Below, piece after piece: positions 27,408 to 27,676 of a DNA stretch of 27,676 bases. Position 1 is the first letter of the stretch. Each line of letters starts with the position of its first letter. The DNA is taken from assembly GCA_019358935.1 (NCBI GenBank), contig JAHHIK010000109.1:1-27676 (forward strand), read 5' to 3'. The stretch is from Tolypothrix carrinoi HA7290-LM1 (lineage in GTDB: Bacteria > Cyanobacteriota > Cyanobacteriia > Cyanobacteriales > Nostocaceae). The notes under the pieces are model-generated. The model was not told the DNA's origin. It was given only the letters and a program-made list of their open reading frames with translations, and did not search any database. A program made the translations under genes and the position numbers.

Positions 27408-27676
27408 CTCAAGGTTTGCCTATGTCGATTGAGAATTATTTGAAGGAAGTGCGATCGCCTATCTTGTTTGGTGCGATCGCGCTCTTGTGTTATCCTCAAA
27501 CCCATCACTGATTTCTCAGCTACAGTTGGGAAATATTCAGGTGCGATCACTCAAGGTTTGCCTATGTCGATTGAGAATTATTTGAAGGAAGTGCGATCGC
27601 CTATCTTGTTTGGTGCGATCGCGCTCTTGTGTTATCCTCAAACCCATCACTGATTTCTCAGCTACAGTTGGGAAAT
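27408..27676. repeat. 142-bp tandem direct repeat running off the window end
   Basis: 27408-27534 is identical to 27550-27676; each unit has two HIP1 sites. Confidence 0.9.

Noticed and set aside
691..27653. Remaining short antisense or nested ORFs in the track (e.g. 5622-6032, 8872-9228, 18295-18708, 20822-21283, 26305-26700)
   Set aside because: Shadow frames of well-supported genes or repeats, with no independent coding signal.

Overview
Plasmid-type segment from a cyanobacterium, probably Nostoc-like (HIP1 GCGATCGC sites, Nostoc-type repeat elements). From left to right it carries: the 3' part of a TpsB (ShlB/FhaC) gene; a ParA plus small RHH-like partner; a tyrosine recombinase flanked by two related inverted sites; a tightly coupled seven-ORF minus-strand operon (tandem HTH, coiled-coil and membrane proteins, membrane-anchored FtsK/T4CP-like ATPase, Cys-finger protein) with a divergent regulator; Uma2 and MerR-like genes; a 1161-aa CyRepA1-type primase-helicase replicase with iteron-like repeats upstream and inside its 3' end; an Rpn-like nuclease; and a mobilisation region (repeat-rich oriT candidate, mobC, MOB_P relaxase with an overprinted membrane protein). 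The right-hand cargo is a DUF928 pseudogene, MITE/REP debris, three small proteins sharing an 'FxIxhxLxhPIDI' motif, a 21-bp VNTR and a GH64 beta-1,3-glucanase. The best candidates for undescribed biology are the ATPase operon (with a candidate +1 frameshift and a hairpin-sequestered RBS) and the three-gene small-protein cluster. All family calls come from motifs recognised by eye; no searches were run.
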